Shown here in pieces: positions 18,451-26,137 of a DNA stretch of 64,000 nt. This DNA comes from Oscillospiraceae bacterium (lineage in GTDB: Bacteria; Bacillota; Clostridia; Oscillospirales; Ruminococcaceae), in NCBI GenBank assembly GCA_009781425.1, contig WQYC01000006.1, positions 7,796 to 71,795 of the forward strand. Direction: 5' to 3'. The notes under the pieces are model-generated. The model saw only the letters and a program-made list of their open reading frames with translations, had not been told where the DNA came from and did no database searches. A program made the translations under genes and the position numbers. Each line of letters opens with the position of its first letter. Position 1 is the first letter of the stretch.

Positions 18451-18777
18451 ATGAGAAGTACAAGAAATGTGTCTTATTTGAGCATAATTCTTTTTATTAT
18501 AACAGCATGGTTCACAGTATTCTTTTTCTGGAACTTCATTGAATTCAACAACCATGTTAGCGGAATTTTGAGAGCAGGGAACTTGTCTTTCCGCGGAAAC
18601 GCGCACGAAATCATCACTTATTATATGAACGGCTGCGCGCCTTATTTATTTTACGCGCTTGTAATGGGGACGCTCGGCTGGCTTTTAATTAAGCTGAGAC
18701 CTAAGTTCGTGGTCGAAACTACCGCGATTCCCGTGATTCCTGTTTGTAATTGTGAAGAAGAGGATATGGTTGAATGA
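18451..18777 (+). CDS. small membrane protein, hypothetical
   Basis: 108 aa with two hydrophobic helices. RBS AAAGGAG. Followed by a strong terminator. Confidence 0.5.
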   Translation: MRSTRNVSYLSIILFIITAWFTVFFFWNFIEFNNHVSGILRAGNLSFRGNAHEIITYYMNGCAPYLFYALVMGTLGWLLIKLRPKFVVETTAIPVIPVCNCEEEDMVE

Positions 18778-18811
18778 AAAAAACGGGAAGCTAAAAGCTT
18801 CCCGTTTTTTG
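18778..18811. terminator. bidirectional rho-independent terminator
   Basis: ACGGGAAGC-TAAAA-GCTTCCCGT stem flanked by an A-run and a T-run, between convergent genes. Confidence 0.75.
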
Positions 18812-18819
18812 GTTTATAT

Positions 18820-19344
18820 TTAATCTATGCGGATAAATAAAAATGTACCGTCCGCACTTGCGTCAATTGTTTTTTCGTCAATATATCTGAGAAGATGTCC
18901 GCCACCGATAGTGTCTTCCAAGGTTTTGGCATCAAGCATAATGCTTACAGTTGTGTGCTCCTTATTCCAAAAATTCTCCGTCACAACATAATTACGTCTC
19001 GTGCTCCGCCACTCTGCATCTAATTTAACTCCGTATTGGTCAGATTCATTTAGGCTGTCCATATCTTTTAATGTTAACCCGTTAAATAACAGAACAAATT
19101 CTGCAGGGTCGCCGCCGCCGAGCTGAATCGTTTGGTCTTCAAAAACTTCGTAATAAAAATTATCTTTTTCGCCGTGTAAGTAGTATCTGCCTGTTTGTAA
19201 GGCTCCGTCGCCGTAAAGTTCTTTTCTGAAGCCTACTTCATCAGCTGTCGTATTTAAGAAAAACGCGCATGAAATAGCGGCAATAATAAGTAATCCGATT
19301 ATTGGCGCGGTTATGTTTATGATTCTTTTGGTTTTTTGTGACAT
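18820..19344 (-). CDS. signal-anchored hypothetical protein
   Basis: 174 aa with an N-terminal TM helix or signal anchor (IINITAPIIGLLIIAAISCAFF). No known motif. Confidence 0.55.
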   Translation of the reverse strand: MSQKTKRIINITAPIIGLLIIAAISCAFFLNTTADEVGFRKELYGDGALQTGRYYLHGEKDNFYYEVFEDQTIQLGGGDPAEFVLLFNGLTLKDMDSLNESDQYGVKLDAEWRSTRRNYVVTENFWNKEHTTVSIMLDAKTLEDTIGGGHLLRYIDEKTIDASADGTFLFIRID

Positions 19345-19411
19345 GATTATAGTACCTCCTGTTTAGTTAAGAAAAAACAATTTGTGTTATTTATATTATA
19401 TTATATTTACT

Positions 19412-20419
19412 TTAATATGTCAAGTTCGCGCTTTCTTTTGCGCTCTCACAAGCAGAATACCCCCGTTCCAAAAGCATATCAAAATTAGCCGCCGTCGGTG
19501 CGAGCAATGTCGTCGGATAATCGCAATCGCCAATCGGCAAGTACCAGCCGCCGCCCTTGCTCACCACTGAAGCGAAAAAATCCCGCCTGCGCAGTGCGCC
19601 GACTTGATACATTGCAATGTCGAGCAGACGCTTCATGTTCGTGAACGACATACTGCCTCTGCGCTTTTGATAGTTCAGCGGCGGCGACGCGTCGGAAACT
19701 ATCAGAAAATCAATCTCGCTGTCCATGCCTTTGCCGATTTTGTAGAGAGCTTCAAGTCCGAGATTATCATAAACGCCCCCGTCCCATAAGGTTATTTTAG
19801 GAGCAAGGCAGAGCTCTTCGCCGCAACCGTGCTTATCGGCTGTCCAGCGCATATTTCCTGTTTTGAGCGTGTAAGGTCCAATCAGCACAGGAAACCCCGC
19901 AGAAGCCGCCATCATGCGGGAAATCGGCAGATTGGGCTTTTGCGTGTAGCCGAGCGTGTGGTCGCCCATATAGTCGCGCCGAATCCGAAAGCTCCTGCCT
20001 GTCTCGTATGTTGTGCAGTTTATTTCCCAGTACGGGAAGCGCGGCAAATCCTGCAAGGTACCGCAGATTCCCCACTTTTTCTCAAGCATTTCCGCGATGA
20101 TTTCCACGCGGTTCCGCCAGTAAATCGGCGAAACAGGCAGACGGCGCAGAGCGGATTTTTCAATATCATTGTGCAGAATTATTTCGCGGACACGCGGCAA
20201 AACTCTGCACAAAAATTCATCGCCTGTGCACCATTTGTTACCGTTCGCGGCGAAGATTGCACCTATGCACAGGCTTGCACCCGACACCGACGAAATGCTG
20301 ACAATGCGCTCGAAAAGCCGCGCCTGCGCTAAGTATTTAAGCACGCCGAGATGAAAAACGGTTGCGCGGATTCCGCCGCCCGAGAGTGCGAGTCCGATAA
20401 GCTTGTTTTTTAATTGCAT
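19412..20419 (-). CDS. patatin-like phospholipase
   Basis: 335 aa. Oxyanion GLALSGGGIRA, nucleophile region VSGAS, catalytic Asp in WDGGVYDNLG. Confidence 0.85.
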   Translation of the reverse strand: MQLKNKLIGLALSGGGIRATVFHLGVLKYLAQARLFERIVSISSVSGASLCIGAIFAANGNKWCTGDEFLCRVLPRVREIILHNDIEKSALRRLPVSPIYWRNRVEIIAEMLEKKWGICGTLQDLPRFPYWEINCTTYETGRSFRIRRDYMGDHTLGYTQKPNLPISRMMAASAGFPVLIGPYTLKTGNMRWTADKHGCGEELCLAPKITLWDGGVYDNLGLEALYKIGKGMDSEIDFLIVSDASPPLNYQKRRGSMSFTNMKRLLDIAMYQVGALRRRDFFASVVSKGGGWYLPIGDCDYPTTLLAPTAANFDMLLERGYSACESAKESANLTY

Positions 20420-20464
20420 AGTTTTTCCTTTCGATTTTTGTAAAAATTCGTCTGTTTAAATCTA

Positions 20465-20493
20465 TTGACAAATCGTAAAAAATATGTTATAGT
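20465..20493 (+). promoter_or_regulatory. consensus sigma-A promoter of ssrA
   Basis: TTGACA (20465-20470), 17-nt spacer, TATAGT (20488-20493), 12 nt upstream of the mature tmRNA 5' end. Confidence 0.7.
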
Positions 20494-20505
20494 GAAAATG
20501 TATTT

Positions 20506-20853
20506 GGGGCCGCAATGGTCTCGACGGGGGTTATGAACCTCGCTAAGCACGCGGAGTGCGCTGCAAACTCCTTAATCGAGCGGCATTAAATTTTAAACGC
20601 TAACAATAGAAATTTAGCAGTAGCTGCCTAAGGCAGCTTCCGTCCTCCCGAGGAGCACCGCGGCTTCGGCTTGGGCGTCAATTAGCGGTCAACTTTCTGG
20701 GTAAGAGCCTTGTAGCTTAGAAAGTATCAAAGGGCTACCGAGCGACGGTTTTGTTATTTGCACCGTCGTAAGGAAAATTTAAGCGAATGACTAAGCGTGT
20801 AGAAATGAGTGGGAATTAGTTTTCGGACGCGAGTTCGATTCTCGCCGGCTCCA
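20506..20853 (+). ncRNA. ssrA: tmRNA (SsrA), 348 nt, CCA not encoded
   Basis: 5' GGGGCCGCAATGGTCTCGACGGGGG pairs with the 3' acceptor CGGCTCCA. T-arm GGACGCGAGTTCGATTCTCGCC. Tag ORF 20599-20631 encodes ANNRNLAVAA-stop, with the stop inside the GCTGCC-TAA-GGCAGC helix. Confidence 0.92.
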
Positions 20854-20860
20854 TAAATAA

Positions 20861-20892
20861 AAAGGTTGTATTATTAAATACAGCCTTTTTTA
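20861..20892 (+). terminator. rho-independent terminator of ssrA
   Basis: AAGGTTGTA...TACAGCCTT stem (one G-U pair) followed by TTTTT. Confidence 0.6.
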
Positions 20893-20912
20893 TTTGTAAA
20901 GAATCGAACCTA

Positions 20913-20941
20913 TTGACAAAACAGAGCTGTTGTGATACAAT
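20913..20941 (+). promoter_or_regulatory. sigma-A promoter of the toxin-antitoxin operon
   Basis: TTGACA (20913-20918), 17-nt spacer, TACAAT (20936-20941). Confidence 0.6.
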
Positions 20942-20977
20942 AATAGCGTAACTATATTCTAAAAAGGAGTTGTTATT

Positions 20978-21226
20978 ATGCAAATCGCTTTATCTGAACT
21001 TAAAATAAACGTCGGGAAATATGTTGACCTTGCTGAAAAAGAAGATATCTATATCACTCGTAACGGTAAGCAGGTAGCAAAAATCATCGGTACAAACCGC
21101 GACAGGGTGTTAGATATGAAATCCCTTTTCGGCATTGCCAAAATCACCGAAATAGCACCCGAATATACTGACCCGAATTATGACCCGAATTATGACAAAC
21201 TGCGCGAGGAGAGGGTCGGAACATGA
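20978..21226 (+). CDS. Phd/YefM-family type II antitoxin
   Basis: 82 aa. N-terminus MQIALSELKINVGKYVDLAEKEDIYITRNGKQVAKIIG is typical of the family. 4-nt overlap with the PIN gene. Confidence 0.8.
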   Translation: MQIALSELKINVGKYVDLAEKEDIYITRNGKQVAKIIGTNRDRVLDMKSLFGIAKITEIAPEYTDPNYDPNYDKLREERVGT

Positions 21227-21648
21227 AAATCGTCATTGACAATAATGTAGTGCTTGACGCTTTGCTTGCTCGGCAACCATTTAATGAAGCTGCTGAAAGC
21301 ATATTAATTTTCTGTGCTGATACACACATAGGCTTTCTCACGACAAACAGCTTGACAGACATTTTCTTTATTCTTCAGAAAACAATGAATGCACCAACGG
21401 CTAAAGCCGCTATAAAAAAGCTGATTGAGCTTTTTGTTGTTATCGCTGTTGACGAGGAAGACTGTGTGAACGCTCTGTCACTTCCGATGGACGACTTTGA
21501 AGATGCTTTGATTGCTTCATGTGCAAAAAAAGTAGGAGCGGATTACATTGTTACAAGAGACGAAGTGTTTATAAAAGCAGATTCCCCTGTCAAAGCGGTA
21601 TTGCCTTCTACCTTTTTACAAATGAAAAACACTGATAAAAAAGCATGA
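21223..21648 (+). CDS. PIN-domain (VapC-like) toxin
   Basis: 141 aa. Acidic PIN residues present (IVIDNNV, DFEDAL, IVTRDE). Downstream partner of the Phd-like gene. Confidence 0.8.
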   Translation: MKIVIDNNVVLDALLARQPFNEAAESILIFCADTHIGFLTTNSLTDIFFILQKTMNAPTAKAAIKKLIELFVVIAVDEEDCVNALSLPMDDFEDALIASCAKKVGADYIVTRDEVFIKADSPVKAVLPSTFLQMKNTDKKA

Positions 21649-21677
21649 CCCGTATTAAACAGGTCATGCTTTTTTTA
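21637..21677. terminator. bidirectional rho-independent terminator
   Basis: GCATGACC-11 nt-GGTCATGC with an upstream A-run and a downstream T-run. The PIN stop codon lies in the stem. Confidence 0.7.
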
Positions 21678-21689
21678 TATTTCTATGAT

Positions 21690-22667
21690 TTATTTCTTTT
21701 TGCCTTTTATAATGAGCGCAACTACTACGATTACAACAAGTACACCGCCGACAATAACAATCACTATAGGAAATGCGCCGTCTGCACTGTCGCTGTCGTT
21801 GTTAGTCGTAGCTCCTGTCGGTGCTGCGTCGGGAGCGTCGGGAGTAGCTTCGTCAGCTTCTTCGCCTGTTGCCGCTTCGTCAGCGTCGGGAGCAGGTGCA
21901 GCTTCTTCAGTTGCCGAAGCTTCTTCTGCGCCGTCATCTTCATCAACAGGAGGTGCCCACGGGATTGGTTCGGGGAGCACAGGAAGATTTTCCACGCTGT
22001 CCGCGAAGAACGCCGCTGAGCCTAACTGACGCTGAATATCTTCAAACGCGTAAACACTGCCTGTTTCTTCTAAGTCAAGAATAGTCACCTTCATGGTGGT
22101 TACGTCTTCTTCGGGGTAGAATATGCCGAGTTCGATAACGTCAATGCTTTCAACGTAGTCCTTACGCAGGTCTTCGTTCTGCGATTCCTGCCAGTCCATC
22201 GCCGCGCGGAAGGAAACTATCATCTGATAAACGCCGTCGCCGTCGATAAAGTAGAAGTATTCCTCGCCGAAGATTTCTTCCCAGCTCGTGGTGTCAGTAC
22301 GCTCGTTTCCGAGAGCCCAAACTGACGGGGTGAAGCTGTTGATTGCAAGACCGGGCATTACGCGGTAGCCTTCGTCGCCGCCGTCGTAACCGCTGATTTC
22401 AAAAGTAACAATCATGCTCTGAACAAATCCGTCGCCGGGCTCAATCATGATATAAGCCGAGTCGCCCCAAGGGTTCATGATATTCACCCATGCGCCGCCG
22501 CTGTCTTTGAAGTTGAAGTTGTGGCTTCCGTCGTCCTTAACAGCTGTAAAGCTGTTGATTCCGTTAAGGTCGGGCAAGGTGAATAAGGCGGTTGAATTAA
22601 TCGCGAATAAAGCGACTAACGCGAATAAGAGCGTTACTGTGGTTGCAAAAGAAATTAATTTTTTCAT
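21690..22667 (-). CDS. secreted, C-terminally membrane-anchored protein with an acidic Pro/Ala/Glu/Asp linker
   Basis: 325 aa. Signal peptide, ~215-aa globular domain, ~70-aa low-complexity acidic linker, TM helix plus KGKKK tail. Confidence 0.65.
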   Translation of the reverse strand: MKKLISFATTVTLLFALVALFAINSTALFTLPDLNGINSFTAVKDDGSHNFNFKDSGGAWVNIMNPWGDSAYIMIEPGDGFVQSMIVTFEISGYDGGDEGYRVMPGLAINSFTPSVWALGNERTDTTSWEEIFGEEYFYFIDGDGVYQMIVSFRAAMDWQESQNEDLRKDYVESIDVIELGIFYPEEDVTTMKVTILDLEETGSVYAFEDIQRQLGSAAFFADSVENLPVLPEPIPWAPPVDEDDGAEEASATEEAAPAPDADEAATGEEADEATPDAPDAAPTGATTNNDSDSADGAFPIVIVIVGGVLVVIVVVALIIKGKKK

Positions 22668-22712
22668 AGTTCTTTCCTCCGAATAGTTTTAGTTTTTAGT
22701 TTTATTGTGTTC

Positions 22713-24149
22713 TTATTGTGTGTTCCAGGTACGGTCAATCATTGCCTGTGCAGAGTTTTTATACGCTTCGACTGCTTGCGCGGCGGTCATATTCGTATCG
22801 TTGCGGATACGGCTGACAATTGTGTCCATTCCCGTGAAGCCGTAAACAGAGTTCCAGGTGGAATGACGGTCCATTTCAACAGCTAATTCATATTCTTCCA
22901 ACGAGCCGTAAATAAGAATCCGTTCAGCTTCCTGCTTTGCTTCATAATCAGCTTCAGCGGCTTCGTCCTCATGCAGACGCTTGAACAGCATATAAAGTGC
23001 CGCGAGCTCGGGTTCTTTTGACGCGCCCGCAATGCCCTCTCTGTGACCCGAGGCTATGTCAGCCATCGGAATATCAGCAGCAAGGTCAGGACCGCGCGGG
23101 AAGGGTGCGAAGCCTAATTTATCGCCGAGCTCATAGCGCAGACCTTCGTCTACTCCGTTGCCTATTAACCATGCGCCCCAGTACATCATCGCGATTTTCC
23201 CTGCGACTAACATTCCCGGAGGGTCAAGGTCTGGGTCCCACGGTGCCATGACTTCATACTGCTCGTCTAACGCCCGCTCCCATTCGAGAGCGCGGATAGC
23301 CTTCGGGTCGTCGAGACCCTGCACAGGATTGCCGTCTATCCACTGCACATGATTCGCACCGTTAGAATATAAAATCTGCTCCGTCTGCCATGAGTAATAG
23401 CCCCAAATGTCATATTCGCCGTCGCCGTCATAGTCTTCCTTAACGTCCTGCGCTAATCTGACGAAAGCGTCCCATGTCCATTCGCCGTCTAACCACATTT
23501 CATAAGGGTTCTTGAGTCCCGCATTCGCGAAGATGTCGCGGCGGAAATAAAGCTTACTTGAGCCCTCGTGGAAATCCGGAACAGTGTAAAGCTTGCCGTT
23601 AAAAGTAAAGAATTCTTTTGTTCCTGTGCCGAGCGGAATCGTAACCTCGCCGAAGTCAATATAATCGCTGACAGGAATTAAAAAGCCCTTCATAACCCAC
23701 GACGGAATAACTTCACTCATGAAGTAGCAAATGTCGGGGCCTTCACCGGAAGCAATCGCCTTGATTAAGTCCGGCTCGTACATCTCCCACGAGAAGCGGT
23801 TGACAAAATCAACCTTCGCGCCTGTCGCCGCTTCAAAAGCCGCGATATACTCGGCTTCATCATCGCTCAAATCCCAGAATGTCCAGATTGTGAGCGTTTT
23901 CCCCGCGAACTGGTCGGGAGAGAGCCCAAGCTCGTTGCGGTAGCGGGCGGCACTGTTTATGCCGGAGAGGGTAGGTCTTGCGATTTCGCCGCCTTGTATG
24001 TTGCCGTCGGGATTAACGTTGGCGTGACCTGTGTTTGCGTCGGGTAGCTCCGGCGGCACGGTGTTAACGTTACAGCCTGCGAACAGCGCAGTAATCATCG
24101 CGAGCACCAGTGCAACTGAAAGCAATTTTCTTGTTTTAACCTTCATCAT
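22713..24149 (-). CDS. carbohydrate ABC transporter substrate-binding lipoprotein (CUT1 type)
   Basis: 478 aa. Lipobox LFAGC. Family-1 SBP-like composition. Downstream of two CUT1 permease genes. Confidence 0.85.
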   Translation of the reverse strand: MMKVKTRKLLSVALVLAMITALFAGCNVNTVPPELPDANTGHANVNPDGNIQGGEIARPTLSGINSAARYRNELGLSPDQFAGKTLTIWTFWDLSDDEAEYIAAFEAATGAKVDFVNRFSWEMYEPDLIKAIASGEGPDICYFMSEVIPSWVMKGFLIPVSDYIDFGEVTIPLGTGTKEFFTFNGKLYTVPDFHEGSSKLYFRRDIFANAGLKNPYEMWLDGEWTWDAFVRLAQDVKEDYDGDGEYDIWGYYSWQTEQILYSNGANHVQWIDGNPVQGLDDPKAIRALEWERALDEQYEVMAPWDPDLDPPGMLVAGKIAMMYWGAWLIGNGVDEGLRYELGDKLGFAPFPRGPDLAADIPMADIASGHREGIAGASKEPELAALYMLFKRLHEDEAAEADYEAKQEAERILIYGSLEEYELAVEMDRHSTWNSVYGFTGMDTIVSRIRNDTNMTAAQAVEAYKNSAQAMIDRTWNTQ

Positions 24150-24193
24150 TTTCCTCCTATTAAAATTTATTATAATTAATCGGTTTACCCAAT

Positions 24194-25165
24194 TTAACCT
24201 ACTATTCCGCTTCTCTCCACGCTCTGCACGAAGAACCGCTGCCCTATTAAATAAAGAACAATCAGCGGCAGAATAACCAAAGCCACCCCTGCGTATTTCG
24301 CGGGCGTAACATAAGATAAATCAGTCACCTGCGAGTTTCTTGTAATCAGACCGACAACGCCGATTAAACGCATCGAAAGCGTCGGGCTTTCGTTCATGTA
24401 CTGCGCCTGGTTAAATACCTCGCTCCAGTGCCAAACGAAGGACAGCAAGCCTACCGTGATAAACGCAGGAACTGCGTTCGGTGCCATAATTCTAAAATAA
24501 GTACGGATAATTCCCGAGCCGTCAATATAACCTGCTTCCTCTAATTCAACAGGCATACCTCGGTAAAACTGGCGGAAGATGTAAATAAACAGTCCTGTTT
24601 TCAGCCCCTGCCCGAAGACGGCAGGCAGTATAAACGGCGCGATTGAATTATTGAAGTTCAGCGAGCCGCCGAGCGTGGCATTAAATATGCCGAGAATATC
24701 GAAATTCAAGAAGAAAAGATATTGCGGTAAGCTAATCAGCTGCGGCGGTATAATCATCGTAAAAATAACCAACGCGAAGAGAATTCCGCGCTCACGGAAC
24801 TTAAAGCGTGCAAAGCCGTACCCGACAGCCGAGCAGACGAAAAGATTGAGCGCAGTGACGATTCCCGCAATTGAAAGGGTATTTATTAAAGAAGAAGGGT
24901 AGTCGATAAAGCCCCAAACGTCCTTGTAATTCGCAAAGGTAGGGTTTTTCGCGACCCAAATTGTAGTCGTGTCTAACATATCGCCGGGCGATTTTATAGA
25001 CGTTGTAAATATAAAAATCAGCGGATAAATGAGAATATAGCCGATTCCGCAGAAGAGCATAGCGAAGAACAGCCAATAAATAAATTTACGGCTTTTCTTC
25101 GCAAGCGTCGCTTTTTTATGGTCAGACGGCTTTAATGAATTTGCAATATTTTGCAGTTTTTTCAT
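24194..25165 (-). CDS. carbohydrate ABC transporter permease (MalG-like)
   Basis: 323 aa, 6 TM, EAA loop ELEEAGYIDGSG. Confidence 0.9.
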   Translation of the reverse strand: MKKLQNIANSLKPSDHKKATLAKKSRKFIYWLFFAMLFCGIGYILIYPLIFIFTTSIKSPGDMLDTTTIWVAKNPTFANYKDVWGFIDYPSSLINTLSIAGIVTALNLFVCSAVGYGFARFKFRERGILFALVIFTMIIPPQLISLPQYLFFLNFDILGIFNATLGGSLNFNNSIAPFILPAVFGQGLKTGLFIYIFRQFYRGMPVELEEAGYIDGSGIIRTYFRIMAPNAVPAFITVGLLSFVWHWSEVFNQAQYMNESPTLSMRLIGVVGLITRNSQVTDLSYVTPAKYAGVALVILPLIVLYLIGQRFFVQSVERSGIVG

Positions 25166-25174
25166 AAGCTCCCC

Positions 25175-26137
25175 CTAATCGTTCAAGTAGAAAATCTTGC
25201 GCGATAATAACCCGACAGACAATAACAGGAAAATGCTGATGATTGCGAAGAAAATCCAGGCAAGAGCAGCAGAATATCCGAAGTCTAACATCGAGCCGAA
25301 CGCCGTGCTTTGAATATAACGCAGAAGCTCATTATTGTAGTCGGTGAACGAGTCAATAATCGTGTAAACCAAGTTAATAACGATAATCGGCGAAATCATC
25401 GGCAGTGTAATCTTCCAAAAGGACTCCCAGCCCGTCGAGCCTTCCACCTCCGCGCTTTCGTACAGAGCGGGCGAAATCGCTTGCAATCCTGCAATAAAGA
25501 GCAGAATCTGCACGCCCGACTTCCAAATAATCTGATAAACACGGTCGATTGCATCAGTCAGCACTAAAACTGCGCGGTTGTTATTCGTCAGCGTAAGCAG
25601 CATTTCCTTGAAGTCCACCGTCTGAAGCATAGGCATCCCCTGCTGTCCCGCTTCCCCTGCGAACTGCGCGGAAACATCGGATTGCATAACATAAACCAAC
25701 GCTCCCGAGGTGATAATTACAGGCAGAAAGAACACCGCTCGCAGTAACGCGCGCCCTTTGAATTTTCTGTTCAGCATAACCGCGATGAACAGCGAAAAAA
25801 ACGTAATCAGTACGATGTCAACGATTATCACCGTAATTGAGTCGATTAAAAGCGGCACGAATTCCGCATCAAGCGTGAAAGCCTTGACAAAATTATCCAA
25901 GCCGAGCGGAATCAGATTCACGTTCCCGAGGGAAATCTGCACGTTTGAAAAGGCGTAACGAAGCGACTGAAATAACGGCGTCGCGATAAAAATCAGGAAG
26001 CCCAACACCCAAAAATACGTGATTATACGCCCTGCGTTCGCTTTTCGGCGCAGTAATTCGCCCGCTCTCGGGGTTTTCTTCGGCATTTTCGGTGCTTTTC
26101 CGGCTCGTGTTTTGCGCTCGGAATTATTAGTTTCCAT
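25175..26137 (-). CDS. sugar ABC transporter permease (MalF-like)
   Basis: 320 aa, 6 TM, EAA loop LYESAEVEGSTGWESFWKITLP. Confidence 0.9.
   Translation of the reverse strand: METNNSERKTRAGKAPKMPKKTPRAGELLRRKANAGRIITYFWVLGFLIFIATPLFQSLRYAFSNVQISLGNVNLIPLGLDNFVKAFTLDAEFVPLLIDSITVIIVDIVLITFFSLFIAVMLNRKFKGRALLRAVFFLPVIITSGALVYVMQSDVSAQFAGEAGQQGMPMLQTVDFKEMLLTLTNNNRAVLVLTDAIDRVYQIIWKSGVQILLFIAGLQAISPALYESAEVEGSTGWESFWKITLPMISPIIVINLVYTIIDSFTDYNNELLRYIQSTAFGSMLDFGYSAALAWIFFAIISIFLLLSVGLLSRKIFYLND

Noticed and set aside
19412-20419. Patatin-like phospholipase as the effector of a CBASS-type or other anti-phage system.
   Set aside because: No cyclase, nucleotidyltransferase, sensor or other defence gene is adjacent. 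The flanks are a small anchored protein and ssrA. I treat it as a stand-alone lipase.
21645-22029. Two plus-strand ORFs (124 and 114 aa) rich in Ser/Ala/Cys/Arg, opposite the 21690-22667 gene.
   Set aside because: They are mirror images of the acidic low-complexity linker on the minus strand. They have no RBS, begin inside the terminator hairpin, and have nonsense-like composition.
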